A DNA stretch of 64,000 nt, taken from an uncultured Acidimicrobiia bacterium (GTDB lineage Bacteria; Acidobacteriota; Terriglobia; Versatilivoradales; Versatilivoraceae). The stretch covers positions 544,001-608,000 of the forward strand of contig CAWBAT010000006.1 in assembly GCA_963786955.1 (NCBI GenBank), written 5' to 3'. Made by a program: the position numbers and the translations under genes. The number at the start of each line of letters is the position of its first letter. The first letter of the stretch is position 1. Under the pieces are notes generated by a model, which ran no database searches, had not been told where the DNA came from, and saw nothing but the letters and a program-made list of their open reading frames with translations. Positions 32,795-44,357 of this stretch are shown one piece after another.

Positions 32795-33022
32795 CCGGGG
32801 CCAGCGGCCCCGGCTACAACTTCCTTGCTGTAGCTGGCCACATTGAGGCCGGTCCTTGTCCGGGGCCACCGACCTTGGCTACAATTCCTCAGCACTCGCT
32901 GTAGCCGGCCTCGCTGAGGCCGGTCCTTGTCCGGGGCCAGCGCCCCGGCTACAACTTCATTGGCACATGCTGCAACCGGCCTCGCTGAGGCCGGCCTTGT
33001 CCGGGGCCAGCGGCCCCGGCAC
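32795..33022. repeat. Array of about 3.5 REP doublets, GTAG-CCGG family
   Basis: Half unit 32795-32817; units at 32830, 32901 and ~32972 with linkers resembling the 30223 array. Confidence 0.9.
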
Positions 33023-33025
33023 AAA

Positions 33026-34981
33026 CTACCCCTCTTCGTATTGCGCCTTCAACTTGGCTACCACCGAGGCATCCGCCAAGGTCGTGGTATCTCCGAGTGC
33101 TCTTCCTTCGGCGATATCTCGCAACAACCGTCGCATGATTTTGCCACTCCGTGTCTTGGGTAGCTCCGAAGTGAAAAAGATATTCTCAGGTCGGGCAATC
33201 GAACCTATTTTCTCCACAACGTGTTGTTTCAGATCCTTGATTTTTTCGGCAGTTCCAAGAACCCCTTCTTTTAGCGTCACAAAGGCCGCGATAGCCTCCC
33301 CCTTGATCTCGTCTCGTCTTCCGATGACGGCAGCCTCTGCCACTTCGTGGTGATCCACTAAAGCACTTTCCACTTCCATGGTACTGATCCGATGGCCCGC
33401 AATATTCATCACGTCATCAACGCGGCCCAGCAACCAATAATACCCGTGAGCATCACGCTTGCAGCCGTCTCCCGCGAAATACAGTCGGTTGTCAAATCGT
33501 TTCCAATAGGTTTCAACATATCGGGCGGGATCACCATAGATGGTTCGCGCCATAGCCGGCCAGGGATGCTTTAAAACCAGATATCCTCCTCCACCCAGAG
33601 GCACAGATTCCCCCGTTTCGTCCACAACGTCCGCCTGGATTCCGGGCAGAGGAAACGCTGCTGAGCCCGGTTTCGTCGTTGTCATTCCAGGCAACGGAGA
33701 AATCATGATCATTCCCGTTTCGGTTTGCCACCAGGTATCCACGATCGGGCAGCGCCCTTTTCCGATCACTTCGTGATACCACATCCAGGCTTCCGGGTTA
33801 ATAGGCTCTCCGACCGTGCCTAGTAATCTCAGGGTCGAAAGATCGCGCGCATTCGGGTATTTTTCCCCCCATTTCATAAAAGCCCGGATGGCCGTTGGCG
33901 CGGTATACAAGATCGTCACCGCGTATTTTTCGATCAACGCCCACCAGCGATCCTTATCCGGCCAATCCGGAGAACCTTCGTAAATGAGACAGGTGGTTCC
34001 GTTGGCAAGGGGTCCGTACACAATATAACTATGGCCGGTAACCCAGCCAATATCTGCCGTGCACCAATAGACATCTTCTTCTTTGATATCGAAGACCCAG
34101 CGATGAGTGGCGGAGGTCCCGACCAGGTAACCCGCAGTAGTGTGAAGGATTCCTTTCGGCTTGGCTGTAGTCCCAGAGGTATAGAGGATGAAAAGGGGAT
34201 CTTCCGCATCCATTGCTTCAGGCTCACAATAATTTGCCGAATCCGCCATCAGCCGGTGCCACCAATGATCCCGACCTTCCTGAACATGGATCGCCGCAGC
34301 ATCTCCGATTCTCTTCAAAAGAATAACGTTTTCAACGCAGGGGCATTCGGCAATGGCGGCATCCACATTACGTTTTAGGGGAACAATCTGTCCACGGCGA
34401 TAGCTTCCGTCCGCCGTTATAACGAGTTTGGATTGGGCATCGTTGATCCGATCGCGCAAGGATTCGGCGCTGAACCCACCAAAGACGACGCTGTGTGGCG
34501 CCCCAATCCGAGCACAAGCGAGCAACGCAATGGGAAGTTCCGGGACCATGGGCATGTAGACCGTCACCCGATCCCCTTTTTGAATGCCAAGCTTCTTCAA
34601 AACATTCGCAAACTTGTTCACTTCCCGGTACAGGTCACCGTAAGTCAAGACTCGTTCTTCACCGGTTTCGCCTTCCCAGATGATCGCGGCTTTATTCCGG
34701 CGCCAGGTCTTGGCATGCCGGTCCACACAGTTATCAGAGACATTGAGTTTTCCGCCGACAAACCACTTGGCAAAGGGCGCATTCCATTCCAAAACAGTTT
34801 CCCAAGGTTGAATCCAGTGCAAATCCTGGGCAACTTCCGCCCAAAAAGCCTGGAAATCCTGATTCGCTTTGGCATAAATGGAAGGGTCGACGAATTGGGC
34901 GGATTGCTTAAATTTTTCCGGAGCAGGAAAGATTCTCTCCTCGTCCAGCAATGCTTCAATCGGTTGATTCGGCGAAGTCAT
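33026..34981 (-). CDS. acs: Acetate--CoA ligase
   Basis: [47 protein letters not shown]. Confidence 0.97.
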   Translation of the reverse strand: MTSPNQPIEALLDEERIFPAPEKFKQSAQFVDPSIYAKANQDFQAFWAEVAQDLHWIQPWETVLEWNAPFAKWFVGGKLNVSDNCVDRHAKTWRRNKAAIIWEGETGEERVLTYGDLYREVNKFANVLKKLGIQKGDRVTVYMPMVPELPIALLACARIGAPHSVVFGGFSAESLRDRINDAQSKLVITADGSYRRGQIVPLKRNVDAAIAECPCVENVILLKRIGDAAAIHVQEGRDHWWHRLMADSANYCEPEAMDAEDPLFILYTSGTTAKPKGILHTTAGYLVGTSATHRWVFDIKEEDVYWCTADIGWVTGHSYIVYGPLANGTTCLIYEGSPDWPDKDRWWALIEKYAVTILYTAPTAIRAFMKWGEKYPNARDLSTLRLLGTVGEPINPEAWMWYHEVIGKGRCPIVDTWWQTETGMIMISPLPGMTTTKPGSAAFPLPGIQADVVDETGESVPLGGGGYLVLKHPWPAMARTIYGDPARYVETYWKRFDNRLYFAGDGCKRDAHGYYWLLGRVDDVMNIAGHRISTMEVESALVDHHEVAEAAVIGRRDEIKGEAIAAFVTLKEGVLGTAEKIKDLKQHVVEKIGSIARPENIFFTSELPKTRSGKIMRRLLRDIAEGRALGDTTTLADASVVAKLKAQYEEG

Positions 34982-35001
34982 AAGAAAGAGTCTCAGGGGA
35001 A

Positions 35002-36315
35002 TCAAATATACTCATTCAAAATATTTTCCAGCATTTCCACTCGACCCGAGCTATTGGGTGTCAGCGCCCCTTTTTGCATCACATATTGGCTCAATTGAGG
35101 AATGCCCATCTTCCCTGCCTCGATCTCTGCACCCATGCCGCTGTCCCAGCTGGAATAGCGTTCTCGTACAAATCTTTCCAGGATGCCATCCTTTCGAATT
35201 GCGGCAGCAATTTTCAGGCCGCGAGCAAAGGCATCCATTCCACCGATATGGGCATGAAAAAGATCAATGGGTTCAAAGCTCTCCCGCGCCACTTTGGCGT
35301 CAAAATTCAGGCCACCACTCTTAAACCCTCCAGCCTTCAATAGAGTCAGCATGGCAAATGTGGTGTCATAAAGATCGGTGGGGAACTGGTCTGTATCCCA
35401 GCCCAGGAACAAGTCCCCGCGATTGGCATCGATCGAGCCCAGCATCCCGAGGCTCGATGCAAATTCTAATTCATGCTGGAAAGTATGTCCCGCAAGAGTT
35501 GCGTGATTCGCCTCTATATTGAGCTTGAAATGGCTGACCAGGTTGTAATGTTGTAGAAAGGAATAACAGGCTGCGGCATCCGAGTCATATTGGTGCTTGG
35601 TGGGCTCCTTGGGCTTAGGCTCGATAAAAAACTGGCCAGTGAATCCGATTTGGCTCTTGTAATCGACAGCCATCTGAAGAAATCTGCCGAGGTGATCCAG
35701 TTCCCGTTTCATGTTGGTATTGAGCAGAGTTTTGTAGCCCTCGCGGCCACCCCAAAAAACATATCCCGACCCATTCAACTCTTGAGTAATTTCCATGGCC
35801 TTGGCAACCTGAGCGGCTGCAAACGCAAAGACATCGGCATTGCAGCTGGTTGCCGCTCCATGCATATAACGCGGATGGGAAAAAAGGTTTGCGGTTCCCC
35901 ACAACAATTTCAGGCCGGTCTTCTGCTGCTGCTCTTTCATGACCGTAACAACCGCATCCAGATTCTTGTTGGTCTCTGCCAACGTTTCTCCTTCAGGAGA
36001 CACATCCCGGTCATGGAAGCAATAGAAGGGAACGCCCAGCTTTTCCATAAACTCAAACGCGGCCCTGACCCGGTTCTGCGCATTCTCGACGGAATTGGAA
36101 CCGTTGTCCCACGGCATGAGTCGTGTTGGCGCTCCAAAAGGATCCGCATTCCCATTGCGAAAAGTATGCCAGTAAGCCACCGAGAAACGGAGATGCTCGG
36201 CCATCGTCTTTCCTTCAATCGTTTCACTCTCGTTATAGTGCTTGAACGAGAGAGGATTCTTAGATTGAGGCCCCTCGTAGCTGATTTTCTTGACCTCAGC
36301 GAAGACTTCTTTCAT
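35002..36315 (-). CDS. xylA: Xylose isomerase (class II)
   Basis: [44 protein letters not shown]. Confidence 0.97.
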   Translation of the reverse strand: MKEVFAEVKKISYEGPQSKNPLSFKHYNESETIEGKTMAEHLRFSVAYWHTFRNGNADPFGAPTRLMPWDNGSNSVENAQNRVRAAFEFMEKLGVPFYCFHDRDVSPEGETLAETNKNLDAVVTVMKEQQQKTGLKLLWGTANLFSHPRYMHGAATSCNADVFAFAAAQVAKAMEITQELNGSGYVFWGGREGYKTLLNTNMKRELDHLGRFLQMAVDYKSQIGFTGQFFIEPKPKEPTKHQYDSDAAACYSFLQHYNLVSHFKLNIEANHATLAGHTFQHELEFASSLGMLGSIDANRGDLFLGWDTDQFPTDLYDTTFAMLTLLKAGGFKSGGLNFDAKVARESFEPIDLFHAHIGGMDAFARGLKIAAAIRKDGILERFVRERYSSWDSGMGAEIEAGKMGIPQLSQYVMQKGALTPNSSGRVEMLENILNEYI

Positions 36316-36446
36316 GAGGACTTCTCCTTAGAAATTTGTGTTTCATACGAACATAATAAATAACATTGCAATTTCGGCACGCACCCCCCGTTAGTCTTCC
36401 CTTAGGCAAGCAGGAACCAAGTAAATCTCGTCCCCCCTTGCACAAG

Positions 36447-36564
36447 GAAGGTGTGAAGGATTGCGCCGGGTCGGTGACCCGGCCTACAAACCGGTGGCAA
36501 GCCCTTTGAAATCATTGTAGGCCGCGTGACCCCACGCGGCGTTTTCCAATCCTTTCACAGCTCC
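36447..36564. mobile_element. TIR-bounded element carrying a third REP family, inserted in a cccccctt/aagggggg hairpin with an AG duplication
   Basis: Ends gaaggtgtgaaggattg … caatcctttcacagctcc; REPs at 36465-36487 and 36517-36540; AG on both flanks. Confidence 0.7.
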
Positions 36565-36620
36565 AGGGGGGCTTGAGGGGGGTGAAGAATTAGCGGCAAA
36601 TCGCTTTTAATGCGTCTCCA

Positions 36621-38080
36621 TTAGTACTGCGGCATTGTAGGATCGACTTTTTTCGCCCAGCGGTCAATCCCACCCACCATATTTTTCACACTCCGGAATC
36701 CTGCCTTGCGCATTTGTCCGGCAGCCTTAGCGCTTCGTCCCCCCATCTTGCAATAGACTACAATCTCGGCATTCTTGTCGAGTTCATCCATTCGAGTGGG
36801 AATTTGCCCCAACGGGATGAGAATCGAATTCGCAATTCGGCAGATCTCGTATTCGTGAGGCTCGCGAACATCCAACATTTGGGGAGTGTCTCCATGCTCC
36901 ATTCGGGTCTTCAGCTCCTCTGGAGTAATTTCAAAAGAAGAATCTGCAGAGGTGGCGGCTACAACCGGCTGCGGGGTGATACCACAGAACTGGTCATAAT
37001 CAATCAAAGCCTTGATCGTCGGATTCTCTCCGCAGAGCAGGCACTTCGGATTCTTGCGCAGCCTCAGTTCACGAAACTTCATCTCCAGGGCGTCATACAG
37101 AACCAACCGACCGATCAGGGTTCTCCCCCTACCCAATATCAACTTCACCGCTTCAGTCGCTTGGATTAGGCCAATCGTGCCTGGGAGGATCCCCAACACG
37201 CCCCCCTCGGCACAACTAGGCACCAGGCCGGGAGGCGGAGGTTCCGGATAAAGGCAACGGTAACAAGGGCCTTCTCTCGCATAAAATACCGATGCCTGTC
37301 CTTCGAAGCGAAAGATGCTCCCGTAGACGTTCGGCTTATCCAGCAGGACACAAGCGTCATTGACCAGATAACGCGTCGGGAAGTTGTCCGTTCCGTCGAT
37401 GACGATATCGTATGGTCGAATAATATCGAGAGCATTGTCCGCCTTGAGCATGGTCTCGTAGGTGTCGACTTGAACAAAAGGATTGATTCCCAAGAATCTT
37501 TTCTTTGGCTGACTGGAGTTTCGGGCGACCCACATCGCGAGTGCTATGAATGACCTGCCGTTGCAGATTACTAAAATCGACGACATCAAAATCGACGAGT
37601 CCGATTCTCCCAATCCCTGCGGCGGCCAAATATAACCCCAGCGGCGCCCCGAGCCCTCCCGTGCCAATTAAAAGGACTTTCGCCGACTTCAATTTCTTCT
37701 GCCCGTCCACTCCGACTTCCGGCATAATCAGATGCCGGCTGTAGCGTTGAATTTCCTCGTTACTGAGTTCCGCCTGGGCAAAACTTTCTTCAATGGCCGG
37801 AAGTCCCCCTCCGGCAATGGAGGGGATAATACTAATCGTATCGCCTTCCTTGACTGGCGTGCTCTCTTCTTGCAGATAACGAATGTCTTCCTCATTCACA
37901 TAAACGTTGACGAAATTTCTCAGTTTGCCGTCATCCTTGAAAAGATGTTTCTTCAGTTCCGGGAACTTCGAGACTAGATCCGACATCACTTCGGCAACCG
38001 TCTTCCCTGACAAGTTGCACTTCGTCCTGATTCCCCACCAGATGACGAAGGGCCACTGGTAACAATACTCTTAAACCCAT
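36621..38080 (-). CDS. MoaD/CysO-like sulfur carrier fused to MoeB/ThiF adenylyltransferase and rhodanese (MoeZ-like); frameshifts ~38015 and ~37490
   Basis: RNFVNVYVNEEDIR…IIPSIAGG runs in frame into RYSRHL…GTGGLG; DGTDNF, CYRC, SCAEGG; rhodanese DVRE…YCKMGGRS. Confidence 0.9.
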
Positions 38081-38176
38081 GTGTATCTCCTTCTAAAATA
38101 CATTCTCAATTTCCCAGATTCAGACTCAAAAGAATTCAACCTCAGAACCCTTGCGATAGTGGTTTCTAAATCGGTC

Positions 38177-38598
38177 TTATTCTATAACAAGCTCCTCCGG
38201 AACAAACTGGGAGCGATCATCGAGCATTGTCCAGCAAGTCAGATCTCCCGCCAGGCGGTCCTTTACGGAGACGATAATATAGGAATAAAAAGGCCAGGCA
38301 TGTTCCAAATCAAAAGGGAGGGCGGGCCTCGGCATTGGGGTGGGAATGGTAGAAGCCCAAAATATCCAGCTTTTTGCCACGCGCATATTGTTCTGCCTTA
38401 CGCACGGCGCTCGGAGGAATCAAAAAGCGATTGTACTGGGCTGCCTCCTCCCTGGCATTGCTGACCGGATAAGTTTCTGAAATCACTTTGTCCCATTGAC
38501 TAATGTTCCGAGCAACAGCCCACAACATTCTTGCGGGTACGAGATCTCCCCTTCCCTCCGAATCTGATCGATCTGGGAGGGGTCAGCCTAGCGAGCAT
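38177..38598 (-). CDS. JAB/Mov34 (M67, Mec-like) metallopeptidase, frameshifted
   Basis: GFYHSHPNAEARP JAB motif; between cysM and the sulfur-carrier fusion. Confidence 0.85.
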
Positions 38599-39519
38599 GC
38601 GATCCATCTCCCCAGAACCGTTCATTCAAGTATTTCATCCCGCCATCACAAAGAACCGTGACAACAACTCCAGATTTCAACGTCTTGGCAACCTGGAGAG
38701 CTGCTTCAACATTGCCTCCTGCCGAGATTCCCACAAGAAGGCCTTCTTCGCGCGCCAACCGGCGCACCATTTCTTGTGCAGACTCGGTTGAAACCTCAAC
38801 AATTGAATCAGCCAGCTGGGGATCGTAAATTGCAGGAACAAGCGAACTGCGCATGTGCTTCATTCCCTCGAGCCCATGCATTGGGGAATCCGGTTGCATC
38901 GCGACCAGATGAACCGCCGAATTCAATTCTTTGAGACGTCTTCCGCATCCGGTAAAAGTCCCGCTGGTACCCAACCCAGAACAAGATGGGTGATCCGCCC
39001 GTCTGTCTGGCGATAGATTTCCATGCGCAGTCGATTTGTAATGAGCCTTCCAATTTGCCGGATTGGAATATTGATCTGGATAAAAATAAGTTCTCCGGGC
39101 TCTCTGCGTATTCAGTTTCCGGGCCATGCGGATGGCTCCATCCGCTCCCTCCCGACTACTCGTCAGGATCAATTCTGCGCCATAGGCTTCCAGGATTCGC
39201 CGTCGTTCGAGCGAAATGTTTTCTGGCATTGCCAGACGCACTCTGATCCCGCAATCGCGCCAATCATCGCATACGCAATTCCCGTATTACCCGGAAGTCG
39301 CATCCAAGAGAACTTTTCCAGGAGTGAGTTTTCCCGCGGCTTGCCCTCAAGAATCATATTCAGAGCCGGACGATCTTTGACCGATCCTCCTGGATTAAAG
39401 TATTCGGCCTTGGCATAAATCTGTACCCCCGGGCATTGTTGGCTGATTTTTGAGAGAAAAACCAGCGGGGTGTTGCCTATGCGAAGCAACAGATCGGTTT
39501 CATTAAAGGTCTGAGCCAT
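38588..39519 (-). CDS. cysM: Cysteine synthase family PLP enzyme (CysM-like), frameshifted
   Basis: IGNTPL, KAEYFNPGGSVKDR, GNTGIA, GLGTSGT, EEGLLVGISAG. Confidence 0.85.
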
Positions 39520-39852
39520 CGCCTCTCGAATCAAAACACTCCATCCTATTCATGGGATCAATCTTGACGCAAAAACAACTTCAAGATTACCATGAATCTC
39601 CACTTGCTCAAAATCTTAACGCTAAGAAATATCCCATTCAAACCAGTGGGGACCATTCTGGAAAAGAGGTCGACAGAAGCCTCGATGAAAGGGATTGTGA
39701 AAGGACGTCATTCTTGAAGCTAGCTGATAGGTTCTTTATTCCTCAGAGACATTGAATGGCTCTGTGGTAAAATTCCTCCGCTTTTGGAAGCTTTTAAGAC
39801 GTCTGCGAAACGTCCGGCAATTTATTTCAGCATTGATGGAGGATAGCGATTC

Positions 39853-40623
39853 ATGAAATCGAATCAATTTGATCTTTCGGGGAAGGTAGCCCTCGTGACA
39901 GGGGGAAGCAAGGGGCTAGGCAAGGCTATGGCACGCGGCTTGGCAGAGTTTGGGGCCGACATCATCATCAGCAGCCGTCATGAAGAAGAGTTGCAGGGAG
40001 CATTACGGGAAATCCTAGAAGGTACCGGGCGTCGTGGTACCTACGTGGTGGCTGATTTGGCTCAGCGCGAAGACGTCGATCGGCTGACGAGTGCCGCACT
40101 CCAGTTCATGGGCCGTATCGACATCTTGGTGAACAACGCAGGTTCCAATATCCTTTCCCCCATTGACAAGGTTCGAGACGAAGACTGGGACCGGATTGTT
40201 CAGTTGAATCTCAGCAGTTGTATGGCATTGACGCGGGCTCTGGTTCCCGCTATGAAAGAGCGGCACTGGGGTCGAATTATTCACATTTCCTCGGTGCTTG
40301 GCCTGGGCGGGAAGGAGGCACGAAATGCCTATTGTGCAACCAAGGCAGGTATCATTGGATTAGCCCGGGCGAGCGCCTTAGATCTGGGCCCTTACGGCAT
40401 AACCGTGAATTGTATCTCACCTGGAGCGTTCTTGACCGATCTGCCCTTGAGCCTGCTGTCGGATGCGGAAAAAAAGAAATTTACTGAGCGGACCGCCTTG
40501 GGACGCTGGGGTGAACCTCATGAACTCATGGGCCCGGTGCTCTTGTTGGCCAGCGATGCGGGCAGTTACATCACTGGAACTGCACTGGTCGTGGACGGAG
40601 GAGTCCTGGCCCATGCTCTCTGA
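39853..40623 (+). CDS. Classical SDR oxidoreductase
   Basis: TGGSKGLG, NNAG, YCATK. Confidence 0.93.
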   Translation: MKSNQFDLSGKVALVTGGSKGLGKAMARGLAEFGADIIISSRHEEELQGALREILEGTGRRGTYVVADLAQREDVDRLTSAALQFMGRIDILVNNAGSNILSPIDKVRDEDWDRIVQLNLSSCMALTRALVPAMKERHWGRIIHISSVLGLGGKEARNAYCATKAGIIGLARASALDLGPYGITVNCISPGAFLTDLPLSLLSDAEKKKFTERTALGRWGEPHELMGPVLLLASDAGSYITGTALVVDGGVLAHAL

Positions 40624-40638
40624 AAGTCTGCAAGGGGA

Positions 40639-41217
40639 TTAGAATTTCTTAGGTTCAGGAAATACGTAGCAGAGCACGAGGTGAGTGGGCCAGTAGAGGA
40701 GAAGGTTGAGACTGAGCCAGATCAACATCACGTGCCAAAAAGCATTCCCCCAGAATTTTTGTAGGAGTGGGTCTTGAAAAACAAAGTTGATATTCTTGGC
40801 TGAATCGGCGAAACGGGAAAGGAATAAGAGGACGAGAGTGAGCGCCCCCTGCAATTTCCAACCTCGCCGGTCATACCCTAAGGAGAGTAATCCCCAAAGC
40901 AGAAGCAAAGGCAGGACAAAATGATAGAGGGACATGCAACGCACCCAAAGCGGAATTCGCGCGTCCTTCATATATTCGGTTCCGCCGAAAAGAGCGTGCC
41001 CTAGCACTAAATTATTCAAGAATTCGATAACCCATAAGAAATTTCCGAGAATCGCCACCAATGCCTGACTGGATAGCAGCAGAGGGCTTTCAAACAAGAA
41101 ACCAAGACACGACAAAAAAACCGCCACATTACAGAGATGAAGAAAATTGGCCCCTCCCCAGACGATCGAATAAGTCGGCAGCCAAACGACCAGCCAAAGC
41201 ACCGACAGCCACTTCAT
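40639..41217 (-). CDS. Integral membrane protein
   Basis: About six hydrophobic segments; FLHLCN, GGTEYM, NINFV. Confidence 0.75.
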   Translation of the reverse strand: MKWLSVLWLVVWLPTYSIVWGGANFLHLCNVAVFLSCLGFLFESPLLLSSQALVAILGNFLWVIEFLNNLVLGHALFGGTEYMKDARIPLWVRCMSLYHFVLPLLLLWGLLSLGYDRRGWKLQGALTLVLLFLSRFADSAKNINFVFQDPLLQKFWGNAFWHVMLIWLSLNLLLYWPTHLVLCYVFPEPKKF

Positions 41218-41426
41218 GAATCGGAAAGGACGCTCGCTATTTAGGTACATGCAAATGAGTCTAGCTCCATTGCCTTTGAGGAATGTATGCAATTATCGCA
41301 CCATGGCGAAGTTGATGATTAGCAGTAATGGCCGAAGACAGTCCAGAATCATTGATGTCGAGATTTCTGACCCACCCAGGAGAATGCAGTAGCAACCCGA
41401 CTGTCGCTTGAATTAGAAAAGGTGGC

Positions 41427-43391
41427 ATGATCTCTTCCCGGCTCTACCCTAAACTGGAAAACTGCCTACGAATTTTACGACATGGGTGGGTGTTCCCAAT
41501 TCTCGTGGGGCTGACCGCCTGCCATTGGAGCCCTGAAAAGAGCTCCAAGCCATCAACTGTAACCCAATCTCATCATGACCCGCACACTTATGCAAACCCT
41601 GCTGAAGCCACAGTCAGTCACGTCAGCCTGGATTTGGAGGTCCTTTTTGAGAGAAAAATTCTCAAAGGAACAGCGGTCCTGAAGTTGCAAGATTTGGCGA
41701 CGAAACCCTCTCAATTGATTTGCGATACCTCCGAATTACGGATCGAAGCGATCGATACATCAACAATGGAAGGCTCCTTCACCCCGGCTGTCTTCCAACT
41801 CGGTCCCCGTGACCCTATCCTCGGCTCTCCACTTACCATTTCATTACCGCCAAAGACTGGTAAGGTTCGCATCCGTTATGAGACAAGCCCTTCGGCTTCC
41901 GCCCTCCAATGGCTGGATCCCGTTCAGACTTCCGGCAAGAAAATGCCGTTTCTCTATAGTCAATCACAATCGATTTACGCCCGCAGCTGGATCCCGATTC
42001 AGGACTCCCCCAGCCTACGTATGACTTACAGCGCTCACATCCGCACTCCTCAGGGCCTCATGACGGTGATGAGCGCTGACAAGTCGTCCCGATCCAGAGA
42101 AAATGGAGAATTCTTTTTTGAAATGACTCAGCCGATCCCGGCCTATTTAATTGCGATTGCAGTGGGAAACATCGATTTCAGACCTCTCGGTAAGAGAACG
42201 GGAGTTTATGCAGAGCCGGAAATGCTGAACCAGGCTGCACAGGAGTTTTCGGATACCGAAAGAACACTGGAAGTGGCCGAAAGCTTAGTAGGAGTCTATC
42301 GTTGGGGGCGTTATGATCTCCTCGTTCTACCTCCCAGCGCCCCGTATGGAGGGATGGAAAACGCCACTCTCACCTTTGTATCCCCAACCACTTTTACGGG
42401 AGACCGGAGCCTGCTCACGATTGTTGCCCATGAGCTGTCCCATTCCTGGTCGGGTAACCTGGTCACCAATTCTACTTGGAATGACTTCTGGTTAAATGAG
42501 GGGATCACGAACTATATCGAGAATCGAATCATCGAGGCGCTCTACGGGAAAACTCGAGCGGATATGGAAATGATCATCCAAAAACAAGCCCTCGACCAAA
42601 CCATGGCCAACCAGCCGGCTCAAGACAATGCCCTTCATTTGAACCTCGAAGGACAAGACCCTGAAAATGGAGCAACGAATGTCGCCTATGTGAAAGGGGC
42701 GTTATTTCTGAAAACTCTCGAAGAGACCTTTGGGCGCAATCGTTTTGACCCATTTCTTCGTAGTTACTTTAAACATTTTGCATTTCAGAGTGTTTCTTCG
42801 GAAGACTTCGTGGAATATCTGAAATCCAATCTGCTGACGCAATTGCCGGAGTCCTCCAAGGTTTCAAGCCAGGAAGTGCTTTCGTCTATTCATCAGTGGA
42901 TCTATGGTTCGGATCTGCCTGCCAATGCCGCGAAGCTGGATTCCAGCGCGTTAAATGCAGTGAATCAGCAAGCCGATCGATGGGTAGAAAATCAGTTGTC
43001 AACTTCCAAGCTCCAAACCGCGTCCTGGTCTGCCGTGGAATGGGTTCAATTTCTGAAATATCTATCCGAAAAGGTGACCCCTCAAAAGATGCTTGAATTG
43101 GACAAGACCTTCCACTTAACTTCAAATAGCAATTCGGAAATCACCGTAGAATGGTTGTTGCTTGCGATTCAAAAAGACTATCCGAAAGCATTTCCCCGCT
43201 TGGACGAATTTCTATCGACCGTCGGCCGGAACAAGTATTTGAAGCCACTTTACACGGAATTGGCGAAAACCGAGCAAGGGAAGCAACACGCAATTTCAAT
43301 CTATCGTCGAGTTCGGTCTACTTACCATCCCATCACGGCGATGGCCATAGACTCAATTCTAGGGTGGAAAGAAAAGCCGGCAGTTGAATGA
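41427..43391 (+). CDS. M1 family aminopeptidase (leukotriene A4 hydrolase-like), probable lipoprotein
   Basis: GGMEN, HELSH…WLNEG, AYVKG, VGRNKYLKPLY; lipobox-like LTAC. Confidence 0.95.
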   Translation: MISSRLYPKLENCLRILRHGWVFPILVGLTACHWSPEKSSKPSTVTQSHHDPHTYANPAEATVSHVSLDLEVLFERKILKGTAVLKLQDLATKPSQLICDTSELRIEAIDTSTMEGSFTPAVFQLGPRDPILGSPLTISLPPKTGKVRIRYETSPSASALQWLDPVQTSGKKMPFLYSQSQSIYARSWIPIQDSPSLRMTYSAHIRTPQGLMTVMSADKSSRSRENGEFFFEMTQPIPAYLIAIAVGNIDFRPLGKRTGVYAEPEMLNQAAQEFSDTERTLEVAESLVGVYRWGRYDLLVLPPSAPYGGMENATLTFVSPTTFTGDRSLLTIVAHELSHSWSGNLVTNSTWNDFWLNEGITNYIENRIIEALYGKTRADMEMIIQKQALDQTMANQPAQDNALHLNLEGQDPENGATNVAYVKGALFLKTLEETFGRNRFDPFLRSYFKHFAFQSVSSEDFVEYLKSNLLTQLPESSKVSSQEVLSSIHQWIYGSDLPANAAKLDSSALNAVNQQADRWVENQLSTSKLQTASWSAVEWVQFLKYLSEKVTPQKMLELDKTFHLTSNSNSEITVEWLLLAIQKDYPKAFPRLDEFLSTVGRNKYLKPLYTELAKTEQGKQHAISIYRRVRSTYHPITAMAIDSILGWKEKPAVE

Positions 43392-43515
43392 AGAAAGTAG
43401 CCGTTGTGAATTCATCTTCTTTTTGATACATGAAGACGAGTAAGCTTCACCTGCCTTTAACGTTGATCCATTGGCTCGGGCCCGGATTCGCTTTTGAAGG
43501 AGATTTGGAGAACCC

Positions 43516-44310
43516 ATGAAGATCGAACTAAGCAAGAAAGTGGCCCTGGTGACCGGCGGTGCGAATGGAATAGGCCGGGCCATTGTGGAAAAGTTAATCG
43601 ATAATGGCGCAACGACGTTTCTAGTCGACGTCGATCGTGCAGCCGCAGCAGAGGCTGTTGAAGAATTAAAGAAAGAAGGAAAAACATGTGAGGCTTTGAT
43701 TGGGGATGTGTCCCAAGCAAAGGACATGGAAGACGCAGTCCATACCATAGTGGGTCGCTGTGGACGTATCGATATTCTCGTGAATAATGCTGGTATTAAT
43801 ACCGTCCGCGACCGTGCGCCAATTCATGAGTACTCCAAAGAGGATTGGGATCGGATTCTTCTTGTCGACTTAACCGGAGTTTTTGTGACCAGCCGTGTGG
43901 TAATCCCCGTGATGCTGGAAAACAAAGGTGGAAGAATCGTCAATATCAGCTCCATTGCCGGTCTGGTGCCTCTTCGACTCCAAAGTGCCTTTGTCGCGGC
44001 AAAGGCCGGAGTTGTCAATCTGACTCGTTCTATGGCCCTAGAGCTGGGACCTCGAGGAATTCTTGTGAATGCCGTGGCGCCCGGCTCAACATTAACTCGA
44101 GGAACAGAGGCCCTTTTCTACGGGCCGGACGGAAATTATTCCGAAAAAGCAGCCAGCTTGCTTTCTCATATCCCGCTGGGTCGCCCGGCCCTCCCCGAAG
44201 AAATTGCCTATGCCGTTCTTTTTCTGGTCGCGCCGGAAGCCAGCTATATTAATGGAGCCGTGCTTACGGTGGATGGTGGGTGGACAGCAGGCTACGCAAG
44301 AGAGTGGTAG
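43516..44310 (+). CDS. SDR oxidoreductase with F in place of the catalytic Y
   Basis: TGGANGIG, NNAG, NISS, AFVAAK, VDGG. Confidence 0.9.
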   Translation: MKIELSKKVALVTGGANGIGRAIVEKLIDNGATTFLVDVDRAAAAEAVEELKKEGKTCEALIGDVSQAKDMEDAVHTIVGRCGRIDILVNNAGINTVRDRAPIHEYSKEDWDRILLVDLTGVFVTSRVVIPVMLENKGGRIVNISSIAGLVPLRLQSAFVAAKAGVVNLTRSMALELGPRGILVNAVAPGSTLTRGTEALFYGPDGNYSEKAASLLSHIPLGRPALPEEIAYAVLFLVAPEASYINGAVLTVDGGWTAGYAREW

Positions 44311-44357
44311 TCTCATTCGAATAAACTATTTAAATTCATTCCTGAGGAGCGAGATCC

